From a virus, in the IMG/VR virus record IMGVR_UViG_3300008954_000007: 64,000 nt of DNA; one strand, given 5' to 3'. The position numbers and the translations under genes were made by a program. The notes under the pieces were generated by a model. It made no database searches and was not told where the DNA came from. It saw nothing but the letters and a program-made list of their open reading frames with translations. Position 1 is the stretch's first letter; each line of letters opens with the position of its first letter. Below, one piece after another: positions 20,901-31,691 of this stretch.

Positions 20901-22543
20901 CATATATTAACAATAAACTGATAGCTTCTAAAATTTTCAGAACTCAAAGATTTCTTACTCAAGGTACAAGAAGTTTTGAAACTTTTGGTATGAGATTAGA
21001 TTATCCATATGCTTTAACTGAATATAAAAAAGAAAAAGATGGGGGGGAGTGGCATAATATATACTCAGTTAATAATGATCAAATAGAAGATGCAAAGAAT
21101 TTATTGACCTGGGATACAATGAGATATGAACTGAGGGGTCAGGGTGAACTATCTATGATTGCTAAAAACCCTATTGTTTGGACAAATGAAGATGGCAATA
21201 AGGTTATAGTCTATCAGGGTGGTCATTTTGGTAAGTATGTTACTACAGGCTTGTTAGCTAAAAAAGAATCAAACACAGATAATTTTAAATGGAGAGAAGC
21301 TAGATTAAGTGTTAGGAATGTTAAAAATTGGGAAAAAAATTTTAATGATAAAAGGTTTGATATTAAAAGTGTTCCAATAAAGCATTGTTATCCTTCTGAA
21401 AACTCTCATGGAAGATTAATTCAATTTAAACCTATGTATAATGTTTCTCCTAGTGTGGAGTGGGATTACTTAGGTTATCCATATGGAGAGTCACAAACAG
21501 ATATTTTTAAAGAATTCTCTACTGAAACAGTTGTTGATAAGTATGGTGGTTTAAATTTTGTTTCAGCTAGAAGTTGTAGGGTTGATGTAAATCTTTCCAC
21601 TAGTGGTTGGACTAGGGAAGAAGATTGGAAGGGTGTAAAGTATTTGTGTGGGGGTCATTATGCTGCCAATATAGAGCTAGATTCATCTGTTTTAGAGAAT
21701 TTAGATAATTTTATGTGGATCAGCTACTCTAGATTTTTAACACCAAAGGTTCCTGTAGCAAACTTTAACGACAAATATATATTTAATGTTTTAAATTCAT
21801 TAGCTTTAATAATGGACTATGAGTTTGGGATAGAAAATCAAAAACCTTTCTTTAGGAAAAAATCAAATATTAAATTTCTTACGAATGATTTATTAATTGA
21901 TAGTAATAATATAAGTGATATTGATCCTTCTCTTCAAAAGAATCAATATTATTTCATTCCAACAAATGAAGAAACTGATACGCAGAAGGGTGAGATTATA
22001 TATATTGATAATGATGGTTTACTAATAAGAGGATCTGAAAAAACAGTAGTAAAAATTCATGATAGTGGAAATCCATATTATCTTTTATCTGCAATATTAG
22101 AACCAAGTAATATTATAGCTGCCCCAAACTATAATGTTAATTCTGATTTCATATACAACAAAATAAGGTCTAGCTTTAGTTATTACTCACATTCTTTAAG
22201 GGAGAATGTAACATACAAGATAGATAAACAGGTGAACTATCAAAACCAGTTTAAAAGGAATTTTGAGTTAAATATAGATTACATCAGAAGTAGAGAAATT
22301 GCTTCTACTATTGTTGATAGATTCATTGACTATTTGTCAGTAGAGAATACTGTTTTAGATCTAAGTATACAGTATATGCCATTTTTGAAAAATGGAGATG
22401 TGGTCTTAATAAGAGAGCTAGATGCTTTTAATATAAAGGATCAATTGTTTAAAATAAGGTCTGCTTCTCATGATTTAAAAGAATTCAAAACAAGCATTAA
22501 AGCTATATCTATTAAGAATGCTATGTTAAGGTGGGTTGATTAA
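17975..22543 (+). CDS. Large tail tip/hub protein
   Basis: 1522 aa after the tape measure. C-terminal PFLKNGDVVLI...FKIRSASHD pattern typical of hub proteins. Confidence 0.55.
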   Translation: MNHIIFSKKNLVPYTYAFLKPGIRFSPSYKSSTFVNYIKFSRSDNPTKKNYRVTVNSIVEEDNKCFVKIESKNYHEEDNTYSDLQGNYELTLDTITKVSPDDAENIYPQIEFKNLDLTIGDEWIFCDIEDYDLTDYLVSCSSINFQGSGNIDQYTYLGNSLSLEVLKSRNKDRLFEPGYEKNIFKLWNYEYLGYLSVFEIQTGFKEEDKEVLTSSFSGYLEEISERSNTVSITLGDGIYLTKELYAHNVGIVIKRRDLRQLGRTSQLLKENDMDEVGEIFNNIYNPPNEINFETFYKPIVKDYNNQKLEIEYKTENNKIKDYKIVEIKDYINRVGDLESTNALLDHDNGIIEFEEAPLDSEYDDIYFTFKHAHMWKHPSFLAQELFKSIGYDTNDEDFNQEPILSNKGLVFNNQGRVLTSSEDRSSEINYSIGYREGLFYFAVGNRIVIKDENQGSETILNDIYTDVGTAIGEWCVYKILVKDNDLVFFISKQHLIKRDNQAVLYPDQRYGSKVKVYRLKLDNDGYPLVTNGSISLIKIFETPSDSSQTMSLDFGNNYKSKITIEYGYTLMGTPENKDYSNKAFIYNSHVYFIFQVKMLMVDANPNSEGKIKAIVETVKNRKLASKDKYENIYYPKVKNFLVRIHVDGEFSTTTSNELSTNSDSNYLSIPNIDTINSNDIVIVTDSDTSGFNGVWENIGGNDFSQADGYFENFNWGGDDMWRLINPEHDVPFFPKLKTLTLSDGTGVITNLSTYNAVELKTHDSPFTWHKDMEKSLEKWAEDFKSLEEEENTNEDVKLDDSFSMWGRLPQARCDFFVTEDGEVYSVQTEGDGGAHFLKTPMNRIGVGGNNESALGNGSDEGKIKIYKHNIDLSGLPELQREVDFNDIGPHFFDETSSTHINPKYNQEFYQYCNELVPFDIWGLCVLKDDDNYTFSFCSHWRMRIFRSETRFRDFKAIVFNVNNKWVHQQDGGGLQTYINNKLIASKIFRTQRFLTQGTRSFETFGMRLDYPYALTEYKKEKDGGEWHNIYSVNNDQIEDAKNLLTWDTMRYELRGQGELSMIAKNPIVWTNEDGNKVIVYQGGHFGKYVTTGLLAKKESNTDNFKWREARLSVRNVKNWEKNFNDKRFDIKSVPIKHCYPSENSHGRLIQFKPMYNVSPSVEWDYLGYPYGESQTDIFKEFSTETVVDKYGGLNFVSARSCRVDVNLSTSGWTREEDWKGVKYLCGGHYAANIELDSSVLENLDNFMWISYSRFLTPKVPVANFNDKYIFNVLNSLALIMDYEFGIENQKPFFRKKSNIKFLTNDLLIDSNNISDIDPSLQKNQYYFIPTNEETDTQKGEIIYIDNDGLLIRGSEKTVVKIHDSGNPYYLLSAILEPSNIIAAPNYNVNSDFIYNKIRSSFSYYSHSLRENVTYKIDKQVNYQNQFKRNFELNIDYIRSREIASTIVDRFIDYLSVENTVLDLSIQYMPFLKNGDVVLIRELDAFNIKDQLFKIRSASHDLKEFKTSIKAISIKNAMLRWVD

Positions 22544-22545
22544 AT

Positions 22546-25500
22546 ATGGCAATGCAAATGGAAGGCATCCCACTGGAGATGTCAGATGGATCTGGTAGTA
22601 GTAGAATAGAAATTGAAAGAGAATTAGTTACTGCTCCTGAATTAGATAGTATAGGAGATGTTGGTGATCTTGCGACAGCATTAAGTAATTTATTAGAAAA
22701 TGGGGTTAATTCATTAATAGAAGGAGAATTAAAACCCATTCAGTTTAAAAATATAGGTAATTATCCATTATTCATAACAGACATTACAGGAGAATTATTT
22801 TCTCATGCTACATTGGTAGATAATGAATGGGCAAATTGGAGATTAAATGATTCAAGTGAAAATGAACCATTAAAAGATGAATCTTCAATAATAAATTTTC
22901 CTTTAAGGATTAATCCTAATACAGATAAAAAAAGTTTAGTTATCTATGTGAAAACAGAATTGATTGGTGTATCTAATGTTCCATCTTATCTAACAATAAC
23001 AACAAATGAGATTAACTATAACACCAGAAGAGTAAAGATATTATATCCTGATTTTTGGTTAAAAAGAGGAGAGGGTAAATTAAAAGCAACAAGTATTAAC
23101 TATGATAATGTTCCATCATCTAATAGATTAATCAGAGGTGAATCAGATCAAGGTAAAAATACTATTGGTATAGTTTCATCTATAAGAAAAAAAGACTTTA
23201 ATAGTTTTTGGGTTATTATTGAAAAACCAACTGGAAGTAATATAAACACTAATGGATTAGTGGTTGGTAGTTTAATAACAATTTATGAGACTGATAACCA
23301 TAATGGCTTGTATGAAATACTAGAGGTTTTTGATGGTGATGGAAACACTATAAAACTATCAGTTAAAGGTAAATTTAACAATAATGAATCTTCAGTTGGA
23401 TATTGGACTGTTTTTTCTGATAGTGACAACAAACCACCTGTTTTTAATGGATCAATAACCAATAATTTAAATAATTTTGAGAGTTTGTTGACTGAAGATA
23501 GTGGTGGAAATACATATTTAAACAACAATGAAAAAGAAGAGGTTGAAGAATTCTCAGAAGATAGACATTTAAATTTTGACAGTTTGAAATATTTTAATTT
23601 TGAATGCACAGATTCAGATATTATTAATTACGTTAAAGATCACTCTGAAGGTAATTATTTTTATCTAGGTTGGTGTCCTGGATTAGGTGCTAGAGATTAC
23701 ATATATTCTACAGAAAATGGGAAAATTCCAATAGATGTAATCTTTTATGCTAAGTTATTTACTAAAACTGATAATACTGTTGGTGTTTTTGATCCTGAAT
23801 ATATAGAAAATAGTTTTTTGAAAGTAGTTTTAGGAACTAACGAAATTAGATTTTTTCCTTTAGTTGGGGGATATAAAGATACAATAGATGAATCTAACGA
23901 TGCAACCATTGGCATAGAAGTTGAAGAAGTAACCATTGAAAATGTAGGTTCTTTACCTTTAGATCTTATAAATATATTTGTTGCCAACAGAGAATTAACA
24001 AAAGCTGATGATGAAGGTTTATTTAGCGATAATGGAAGTACACCTAAGAGTTCTCTATTTACAGATAAAGAAATTTTTACAGAAAATGGTAGATGGTCTA
24101 GTTTTTCAGGTGAAAATAAATTTCAAATACCTTACAAAAGCAAAAAAAGATTTGCTTTTGTATTATCTCATGGAAGATACAATGGGAATTTTATAGGAAA
24201 AATTACTTGGATATATAAAACTTTTTCAATTCCACAAATATCTACTACTGATATTAGATCAGAGGTAACAGATTTAAATATAAAATTTAGCTATCCTCAG
24301 ATAGATGTTTTTTTAAGGCATCAATATAATGTAAATGATTTTGAAAACCTAGATTCTTGGAATTATGTTAATAGAAACTATCAAGGAATAAAAAGTTACG
24401 ACTCTCATTATGGAATAATTGATTTCACTAAAGCAGATTTTAAAAATAAAATAGATAAAAAAATAAGACTTATAAATACAGGAAATGCTGATCTATATAT
24501 TTTTGATATTGATATGCCATTTCAACCTAACAATACAGTAGAGACAAATAGAGACGCTTATCTAGTCGATAGGGTTGATATGGATGGTGATAGAAATGAT
24601 AAAAATATATTCTTTACTTTAAGTAGAAGGGTTAAACCATTTATACTGAAACCAATAAATACTAATATAAAAAACCTCAATATATCTGGTGGTCTTTTTG
24701 AAGAAAAATTATATCAAGATGTAGATTTTAAAATAAATGGGAAAGACTACAATCAGCTTAATTTAGAAATGTCTTTACCATTAAATATTTATTCAAATTC
24801 AAATCCAAATGCTACAACTAGAAATTCTTTGGGATACGATCATTTTGTTTTAAAGTTAAAATTTAATCATACAAGTGGTAATAATGGTATATCTGGTTGG
24901 TCACCACCTTCAAATAAGGGGAGAAGTAGAGCAGATATTGATACTCCAGGTGAAGGAAGTAATATAATTTACCCACCAGAAGGATCTAACCCATATGGTA
25001 ATGATTATAATCCAATTGAAAAATCTAAAGGAGAATATTTTTTAGAAAATTTAACTCAAAATTATTTAACCTCAAAAGAACAAAATAATCAAATTAGTGG
25101 AGGACAAATTAGAGTTAAAGGGTATATAAGAGAAGAAGGTATGCCTTCAAATATGAATTATGCAGTATATGTCTCATATAAAAATCAAACATTATTTACT
25201 ATTGCTAATTTATCTAGTGGTAATTTAAGTTTTGATGAAATTATAAGTTTAGATAGTATTGCAGATTATATTAACTCAGGGGATAGTCATAAGTTCCATG
25301 CTCATCAAGGTCTTGATTTTATAGCACAAGCTTTTTTACCAGGTGGTGGTGTTTATAATAAGACATATTTAGGTGGATTACCTATCATTACAGGGATAGA
25401 AAATAGTATTGAAGATAAAAAAGTAGAGATAAGAAACTTAAATAAAAGCAAAAAATACCCACAACCTAATTTAAGAATTTCACCTGATGTATCAGGTATT

Positions 25501-27618
25501 GCTAATGTGACTGTGTTTAGTTTTCATAATGACACTAATTTGTTAGCACATGAGGATTTTATTACGAAAAATGGAACGACCTTTAATGACTTTAGAGGGC
25601 AAAAATTTCAAGAATATCAAGATAATATACTATCAGGAGAACCAACAGGAGAAGAAATTGATTCTAGTGGACATATAATTCTTCCTGAAGATATAGACTT
25701 CACTGAAGAAGATTGGATACGAATGAACTTTGATTGGGAAGTTAAATTAATTAAACCAGAAAGTCATATATACGATATTCTTTCAGAATCAAACTTTTTA
25801 GAAGAAAACATCACTACAGAAGATAAAAATGATTTAATTAAAAGATGGTTAGAAACAGAAGGTCATGTAAAAGATGGAGAAGCATTTAAAGAATACGATG
25901 AATTATCAACTGTTGGAGTTACTTCTGAAGTAGTGGATGTTCATGGAAAACAAGCAGGATATAAAATTTCTTATAATTTAGATTGGGATAATAATAGCCA
26001 CAAAAACTTTTTAGCAAATGATTTTGATATATATAGTCATTCACCAACAACTATATATCATTATGGTATAGATTCCCTTGAACAAAATAATCAGCAAAAT
26101 ACATTTGATTTAAGGGTGCACCCTAATAGTGGAGATAGAAGAACATACATGTGCTTTGCACATGCTGGAATTTGGAGTGTAAGTTTAATTAGAAACTATA
26201 GAGAAAATTTAGGAATAGACCCTGAAAGTGGAAAAACAATTTATGGTGACATATTGGTTTCTAAAAAAGACACCTGTTTTGTTCTTGTTAAGAAAGAGGT
26301 TAAATATCCTCAAATAAATCCTGAAATTTTAGATTTTAATGTTGTTAGAGAGCAATCTGTTTATTCTAAAGAATTAACTATAAGAAACTTTTCACCAGTA
26401 GATAAAAAATATAGAGTTAAAATATTAGATGATTTACCAGAAGGTGAAAGTTTTTATTGGTTATCTCCAACATTACAGTTGTCTTCAGGAGTAGAGTATG
26501 ATCATGATGAAACTATTACATTTACATTGCCAAAATCTAAAGAAAGACCAATCTTTATTCCTAAAGTAGTTTATTATGATAGAGTATATGAAAATGCACA
26601 TATAGCTCAACGTGAACCCCATAACTATAAGGAATTTCCAGTAATATATGGGGAACCTAAGATGTTTTCTACAGATATGATAAATAATGATGCAGAATTA
26701 TTTGCCATATATCAAAGTGAACAAAGCTCTGGAACTGAAAATCCATCTATTGTATTAGGAGAATTGGCAAGAGAAATTTTAGGAACTGATGTAAATGGCA
26801 ATCCTATTTGGGGGGGTGTTAAGTTAAACGATCATGGCTTAAATGATTCTGATTATGTTTATGTTGAAAGTTTTGATGCAGATAATATTTTAGGTGGTTT
26901 GTTTGAAGTTAGTACGAAAATACCTAATCCTGATTGGGATCATGATTCATCTCTTGCATCACCAGAAGGACAGTATGAAGCTGGTCAATTTGGAGCTACC
27001 AGATATATTCCTTCTACTGATAAATTTACTCTTATAAAAAAAGTAATAAAGAATGGAGTTAATGCAACAGAGGGGGTAAGGGGGTTTTATACTAGGGAGA
27101 AACTAGAAAATAAAAAAATAAAAGTAACCATTAAAACTCCAGATGCTATCAATATGTCTCATGCTATTTACTCTAATGTAGCTAACATAGATATTGGTGA
27201 AGTAGATTATGTAAATATTGAGAGTTATAGTGAGTTTATAAGAGGGGCTGAAACATTTGTTCATATAATATTAAAAGATCCAGGGGATTATTTTTTCCTA
27301 GAGAAAAGTGATACTGTAATAATAGAAGGCAGTTACAGATTTATGTTTGATGGAGAATATGAGGTAGAAGATTCTTTTTCTCATGCAATGGAATTAAATC
27401 AAGATCATAGTTTAACCTCACATATAGATTTTAAAAAAACCACTAGGTTAATTATTAAAAAAAGATTTGCACCAAATACATTAGATACTTTAGAGGGGTT
27501 ACCTAAAGGAAAACTAGGTAAAATAAAATCAACAATGATACCTGTAACATTTAAATATTCTGTTTCAGAATATACAGAATATTTAGGTAGTTTAAAACAA
27601 CAGGCTTCTTTATTTTAA
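22546..27618 (+). CDS. Large virion protein with repeated Ig-like (ASH/choice-of-anchor D-like) modules
   Basis: Repeated I.N.G...L.I motifs (KNIGNYPLFI, ENVGSLPLDL, INTGNADLYI). Confidence 0.5.
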   Translation: MAMQMEGIPLEMSDGSGSSRIEIERELVTAPELDSIGDVGDLATALSNLLENGVNSLIEGELKPIQFKNIGNYPLFITDITGELFSHATLVDNEWANWRLNDSSENEPLKDESSIINFPLRINPNTDKKSLVIYVKTELIGVSNVPSYLTITTNEINYNTRRVKILYPDFWLKRGEGKLKATSINYDNVPSSNRLIRGESDQGKNTIGIVSSIRKKDFNSFWVIIEKPTGSNINTNGLVVGSLITIYETDNHNGLYEILEVFDGDGNTIKLSVKGKFNNNESSVGYWTVFSDSDNKPPVFNGSITNNLNNFESLLTEDSGGNTYLNNNEKEEVEEFSEDRHLNFDSLKYFNFECTDSDIINYVKDHSEGNYFYLGWCPGLGARDYIYSTENGKIPIDVIFYAKLFTKTDNTVGVFDPEYIENSFLKVVLGTNEIRFFPLVGGYKDTIDESNDATIGIEVEEVTIENVGSLPLDLINIFVANRELTKADDEGLFSDNGSTPKSSLFTDKEIFTENGRWSSFSGENKFQIPYKSKKRFAFVLSHGRYNGNFIGKITWIYKTFSIPQISTTDIRSEVTDLNIKFSYPQIDVFLRHQYNVNDFENLDSWNYVNRNYQGIKSYDSHYGIIDFTKADFKNKIDKKIRLINTGNADLYIFDIDMPFQPNNTVETNRDAYLVDRVDMDGDRNDKNIFFTLSRRVKPFILKPINTNIKNLNISGGLFEEKLYQDVDFKINGKDYNQLNLEMSLPLNIYSNSNPNATTRNSLGYDHFVLKLKFNHTSGNNGISGWSPPSNKGRSRADIDTPGEGSNIIYPPEGSNPYGNDYNPIEKSKGEYFLENLTQNYLTSKEQNNQISGGQIRVKGYIREEGMPSNMNYAVYVSYKNQTLFTIANLSSGNLSFDEIISLDSIADYINSGDSHKFHAHQGLDFIAQAFLPGGGVYNKTYLGGLPIITGIENSIEDKKVEIRNLNKSKKYPQPNLRISPDVSGIANVTVFSFHNDTNLLAHEDFITKNGTTFNDFRGQKFQEYQDNILSGEPTGEEIDSSGHIILPEDIDFTEEDWIRMNFDWEVKLIKPESHIYDILSESNFLEENITTEDKNDLIKRWLETEGHVKDGEAFKEYDELSTVGVTSEVVDVHGKQAGYKISYNLDWDNNSHKNFLANDFDIYSHSPTTIYHYGIDSLEQNNQQNTFDLRVHPNSGDRRTYMCFAHAGIWSVSLIRNYRENLGIDPESGKTIYGDILVSKKDTCFVLVKKEVKYPQINPEILDFNVVREQSVYSKELTIRNFSPVDKKYRVKILDDLPEGESFYWLSPTLQLSSGVEYDHDETITFTLPKSKERPIFIPKVVYYDRVYENAHIAQREPHNYKEFPVIYGEPKMFSTDMINNDAELFAIYQSEQSSGTENPSIVLGELAREILGTDVNGNPIWGGVKLNDHGLNDSDYVYVESFDADNILGGLFEVSTKIPNPDWDHDSSLASPEGQYEAGQFGATRYIPSTDKFTLIKKVIKNGVNATEGVRGFYTREKLENKKIKVTIKTPDAINMSHAIYSNVANIDIGEVDYVNIESYSEFIRGAETFVHIILKDPGDYFFLEKSDTVIIEGSYRFMFDGEYEVEDSFSHAMELNQDHSLTSHIDFKKTTRLIIKKRFAPNTLDTLEGLPKGKLGKIKSTMIPVTFKYSVSEYTEYLGSLKQQASLF

Positions 27619-27703
27619 AATAAATAATATTTCTTGTGCTTTATTTTTGAAAGTTGCTGTATATATATAGTATAAGAGTTTTTATCACATCTCATTAGGT
27701 TAG

Positions 27704-27740
27704 AAAAAAGCAGTGTTTTTTTTTAAACACTGCTTTTTTT
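27704..27740 (+). terminator. Terminator ending the tail module (possibly bidirectional)
   Basis: aaaaaagcagtgttt/aaacactgcttttttt. Confidence 0.8.
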
Positions 27741-27741
27741 A

Positions 27742-27771
27742 TGGACTATACTACTATAAAAATGATATAGT
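27742..27771 (+). promoter_or_regulatory. Promoter for dnaE
   Basis: TGGACT-N18-TATAGT with extended TG. Confidence 0.55.
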
Positions 27772-27803
27772 TATCCTGTCAAACAAATCATTCAGGAGAA
27801 AAA

Positions 27804-30800
27804 ATGAACTACACTCCCTTGCATGTGCATTCAGATTATTCGTTGTTGGATGGACTTATGTCTACCAAAGAATTAGTAAATAGAGTGAAGAAAAACAACA
27901 TGAGCCATGTTGCTTTAACAGATCATGGAACTATGAGAGGGCTAATTGATTTCTATTATGAATGTAGCACAGCTAATATAACTCCTGTTCTTGGAGAGGA
28001 ATTTTACTTTACTGAAGATAGAAGAAGTAAAGAAGAGCAATTGAATGGTAAGGCATATTATCACACTACTATATTGGCAGAGAATGTTCAGGGTTGGAAA
28101 AATATGATTTCCTTAACCACACAAGCAGCAAACTCTGGCTTCTACTATAAACCTAGAATAGATTATGAGCTAATAGAAAGGTATCATGAAGGAATATTTA
28201 TGGGTTCTGGTTGTTTTGGGAGCATATTCTCTTTTTGCGCTCTTCATGACAATAAGTCGAAATTCAATGATTTATTTGGGTTTTTTACCCCCTTATTAAA
28301 AGATAGATTTTATATTGAACTTACTGCTGCAGAATCAATAGAACAAAAAGTGGTTAACTATAATCTGTTGAGACAGGCTAAGGATAGGGGTATTAAGCAT
28401 GTATTCATGTCAGATGCTCATTGGGCTACAAAAGAAGATTATAAAGTACATGATTTCTTATACACTATGAATACAGGGGGTAAATATGGTGAACCAGGAA
28501 GAAAGAAGTTTCCTACAGAAGAAACATGGTTAAAGTCATATGATGAAATGTGGGAATACTGGTTAAGAGAATTAAAAGAGTTTGATTATAAGGGAAGAAA
28601 AGTTGGTATCTCAGAAGAAGATTTTGCTGAAGGATTAGAGAATACCAACTGGATAGCATCTCAATGTTCTGTAGATATTGAAGAGATACATCAAGATTAT
28701 TTAATGCCTAGCATAGAAGTCAAAGATCCCAAACAATATTTAATAGAGAGATCTTATAAGCATCGTAGAGAGTATTTAAACAAATTAGATGGTAATAGAA
28801 AACAACAGTATTTTAATCAACTTCTAAAAGAAACAGATCTTATTGTTGGTCAGGGTTTCTCTGGTTATTTTATTATGACTGCAGATTTATGTGACTACAT
28901 GAGAGAGAATAAAATACTAAAAGGTTTAGGTAGAGGTTCTGCAGGTGGTTCTTTATTGTCATTTATGCTTGGAATCACAGAGATAGATCCTATGTTGCAT
29001 GGTCTTACTTTTGAGAGGTTTATGAATGAAAACAAAAAGTCTATGCCAGATATTGATATTGATATTAATGATGAGAAAAGACAAGATGTTTTAGATTATT
29101 TTATAGATAAGTATGGCATAGACAATGTAGCTCAAATTGGAACCAATATCACCATGAAACCTAAACTTGCTAGTAAGATGGTGGCTAAGACATTGGGAAT
29201 ACCATTTGATCAAGCTAATGAAGCATCTGATGCTATAGAAACAGAAGATTATGAAAATGAAAATGTTAAGTTCTTAATGTCTAAATATAGTGGATGGTTA
29301 CCATTAACAAAAAGGATGGTTGGTAAGACTAGAGCTATAGGAAAACATGCTGCAGGTATTATTGTAGGGAATCAACCCTTAGATACAATAGTTCCTCTGC
29401 AGAGAGGTAAGAGTGATACATTCATAACTGAGTGGACTGATGGATTATATAGGAAAGAATTAACAGAAGTTTTAAAGCTACTTAAGTTTGATCTATTAGG
29501 TCTTTCTAATTTAGCCATAATTCAAGATACCTTAGATCAAATTAGAGCCAACAACAACAGCAATCTATTGAGGCTAGACTTAAGTGATCAGGATTTATTA
29601 GGGTATATACCCTTAGATGTTGAGCATGTTTATGAAAATATATTTCCTGATGATGGATCTCATAAAACCATAGGTGTTTTTCAGTTTGATACACCATCAA
29701 TGGGAAAACTATTGACTATGATCAATCCCAGGAATATTAGTCAACTTTGTGCTTTAAATTCTATCAATCGTCCAGCCACTAAGAAAGCAGAAGTAGATGT
29801 CTTATATTCTGAGTCATATAAAAGTGGAGTTATAAAGTATGATCATCCATCCTTGGAGCCTATATTAAGGGAAACATATGGTCAAATAATTTATCAAGAA
29901 CAAGTGATGGAAATAGCCAATAAGATTGGTGGAATGTCAATGGCAGAAACAGACCTATTCAGAAAAGTATTGGTGAAATTTACTGAAGCTAACAAAGAAG
30001 AACAAGATGAAATCAGAAGTAAAACCCTTAGTAAATTTATAGAGGGGGCAATAAGTAATGGCTTAAGTGGTGTAGAAGCCAATAAGTTGGCAGATAAGTT
30101 AGCTGAGTTCGCTGGTTATGGTTTTAATAAATCTCATAGCAGAGCTTATGCAATATTGGCATACTACACCATGTATCTAAAGACATATTTTCCTATAGAG
30201 TTCTTAGTGGCTTATTTAAATAAAAGACCAGATGAATTGCACAGTGTAATTCAAGAAGTTGGTTTTGATATGTTTTTACCAGTAGATATAAATAAATCAA
30301 AAGACGTTTTCACCATAGATAAAGAAAGAATTAGGTTGGGTTTTGGTTGTGTTAAAGGACTAGGGAATGTAGCCATACAAGAGATTGTTTCTAAACAACC
30401 ATTTGATTCAAGAGATCATTTCATAGAGTTAGTAGAAAGAAGAAAGGTCAATAAGACTAGACTAAAAGCATTGAAAAACGCTGGTGCGTTAATGCCATTT
30501 GGTAGTGAAGCACAGAATCAAACTACGTTTTCTGATGAAATGAATGTGTTGGGTGTACCTATAGCTACAAATAACTCTTGGTTAATTGAGTTCCTTAAAC
30601 CAATAGTTAAGTTCGTCAATAAAAAGACCAAAAAGTCTTATGAATGCACAAATATAAAAGATGCAGACAATTTAAAGGATGGTGATTGGCTGTATGTATT
30701 GGGTGTTTTAGTAGATGTTAAAAATAAAAACTTTACTAGCAAGAAGAATACAACCTGGTCTGCTTTTGGGTTTACAGGAACACTCTTAGATGAGACAGGA

Positions 30801-30998
30801 TTTTTAGATATCATGTCTTTTAACTTTAGGGATAAAAGATTAAGGTCATCTAAAGTGGTTGGACTATTAGGCAAAAAAAAGACTTTTGGTAATAAGACAC
30901 AGCTAGATGTAAATAGAGTGGAGTTTGTTTTTGATTATAGATCTTTAAGTCCAGGCATGAGAAAGAGAATTGATGAGGCTAAAGAAAATGTTTTATGA
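27804..30998 (+). CDS. dnaE: DNA polymerase III alpha subunit (family C)
   Basis: PHP motifs HVHSDYSLLDG and TDHG, then GRGSAGGSL, PDIDID, HAAG, KFDLLGL, YGFNKSH. Confidence 0.97.
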   Translation: MNYTPLHVHSDYSLLDGLMSTKELVNRVKKNNMSHVALTDHGTMRGLIDFYYECSTANITPVLGEEFYFTEDRRSKEEQLNGKAYYHTTILAENVQGWKNMISLTTQAANSGFYYKPRIDYELIERYHEGIFMGSGCFGSIFSFCALHDNKSKFNDLFGFFTPLLKDRFYIELTAAESIEQKVVNYNLLRQAKDRGIKHVFMSDAHWATKEDYKVHDFLYTMNTGGKYGEPGRKKFPTEETWLKSYDEMWEYWLRELKEFDYKGRKVGISEEDFAEGLENTNWIASQCSVDIEEIHQDYLMPSIEVKDPKQYLIERSYKHRREYLNKLDGNRKQQYFNQLLKETDLIVGQGFSGYFIMTADLCDYMRENKILKGLGRGSAGGSLLSFMLGITEIDPMLHGLTFERFMNENKKSMPDIDIDINDEKRQDVLDYFIDKYGIDNVAQIGTNITMKPKLASKMVAKTLGIPFDQANEASDAIETEDYENENVKFLMSKYSGWLPLTKRMVGKTRAIGKHAAGIIVGNQPLDTIVPLQRGKSDTFITEWTDGLYRKELTEVLKLLKFDLLGLSNLAIIQDTLDQIRANNNSNLLRLDLSDQDLLGYIPLDVEHVYENIFPDDGSHKTIGVFQFDTPSMGKLLTMINPRNISQLCALNSINRPATKKAEVDVLYSESYKSGVIKYDHPSLEPILRETYGQIIYQEQVMEIANKIGGMSMAETDLFRKVLVKFTEANKEEQDEIRSKTLSKFIEGAISNGLSGVEANKLADKLAEFAGYGFNKSHSRAYAILAYYTMYLKTYFPIEFLVAYLNKRPDELHSVIQEVGFDMFLPVDINKSKDVFTIDKERIRLGFGCVKGLGNVAIQEIVSKQPFDSRDHFIELVERRKVNKTRLKALKNAGALMPFGSEAQNQTTFSDEMNVLGVPIATNNSWLIEFLKPIVKFVNKKTKKSYECTNIKDADNLKDGDWLYVLGVLVDVKNKNFTSKKNTTWSAFGFTGTLLDETGFLDIMSFNFRDKRLRSSKVVGLLGKKKTFGNKTQLDVNRVEFVFDYRSLSPGMRKRIDEAKENVL

Positions 30999-31620
30999 GG
31001 AAGAAGAGAAAAAGGATAGACATCAAAAGAAAACTAGAGAAGGAAATAGCATATTTGATTCTGTAGATGAAAGTTGGTCTTGTCCTTCTTGCAAAAGAAA
31101 TAAAGATCAAATATTAAGAAGCAAAGGGGGAAAGAAAGTTGGTGGATTACATAGGCATCATGATCATGCAGTAGAGTGGGATGAAAGAAATGAGACTGAT
31201 AAAACATCTTTTCAAGAAACAATCATTTGTGATCAGTGTAATCATGCAGAAGGTATGGTTAAGAAGATGTATCCAGGGGTTATTCCAGATGTTTTTTCCT
31301 TTAGTCCAGAACAAATAGGAAGATTTATATTGGCTAAACCTAATAGAAAACACAGGGTTAGATTTATGGAAGCACTAGAGTTATTCTTTTCTTTAACAGA
31401 TGTGTCATTAGATGACTTTAAGCAAGCTATGACTGAACATGAAGATATGGAAGGTATACATTCTCATGCATTATATAAAAATTTAGTTCGTAATGGTTAC
31501 CCCCCATCTTTGTATTTAGAGAAAACATTATCTGGAGTAACAGTTAGTAATGATGAGATTAGAGTATCTGGTTCTTTAATACCAGAAGAAGAGGAAGAAA
31601 CTTCAAATTTTAGGTATTAG
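30970..31620 (+). CDS. Zn-binding, HNH-like hypothetical protein
   Basis: CPSC...HRHHDH...CDQCNH. Confidence 0.5.
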   Translation: MMRLKKMFYEEEEKKDRHQKKTREGNSIFDSVDESWSCPSCKRNKDQILRSKGGKKVGGLHRHHDHAVEWDERNETDKTSFQETIICDQCNHAEGMVKKMYPGVIPDVFSFSPEQIGRFILAKPNRKHRVRFMEALELFFSLTDVSLDDFKQAMTEHEDMEGIHSHALYKNLVRNGYPPSLYLEKTLSGVTVSNDEIRVSGSLIPEEEEETSNFRY

Positions 31621-31633
31621 GTCAATTTTAATC

Positions 31634-31662
31634 TTGACTTTAAAATAGCAATGTGCTATTAT
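31634..31662 (+). promoter_or_regulatory. Sigma70-type promoter
   Basis: TTGACT-N17-TATTAT with extended TG. Confidence 0.75.
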
Positions 31663-31691
31663 TATGCTATCAAACCAATAGGAGACATGAG

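Noticed and set aside
27693-27703. CATTAGGTTAG shared with the array scaffold
   Set aside because: An 11-nt match is expected by chance in AT-rich DNA of this size.
27804-30998. Intein or intron in dnaE
   Set aside because: Motifs are collinear at normal length and no splice motifs are seen.
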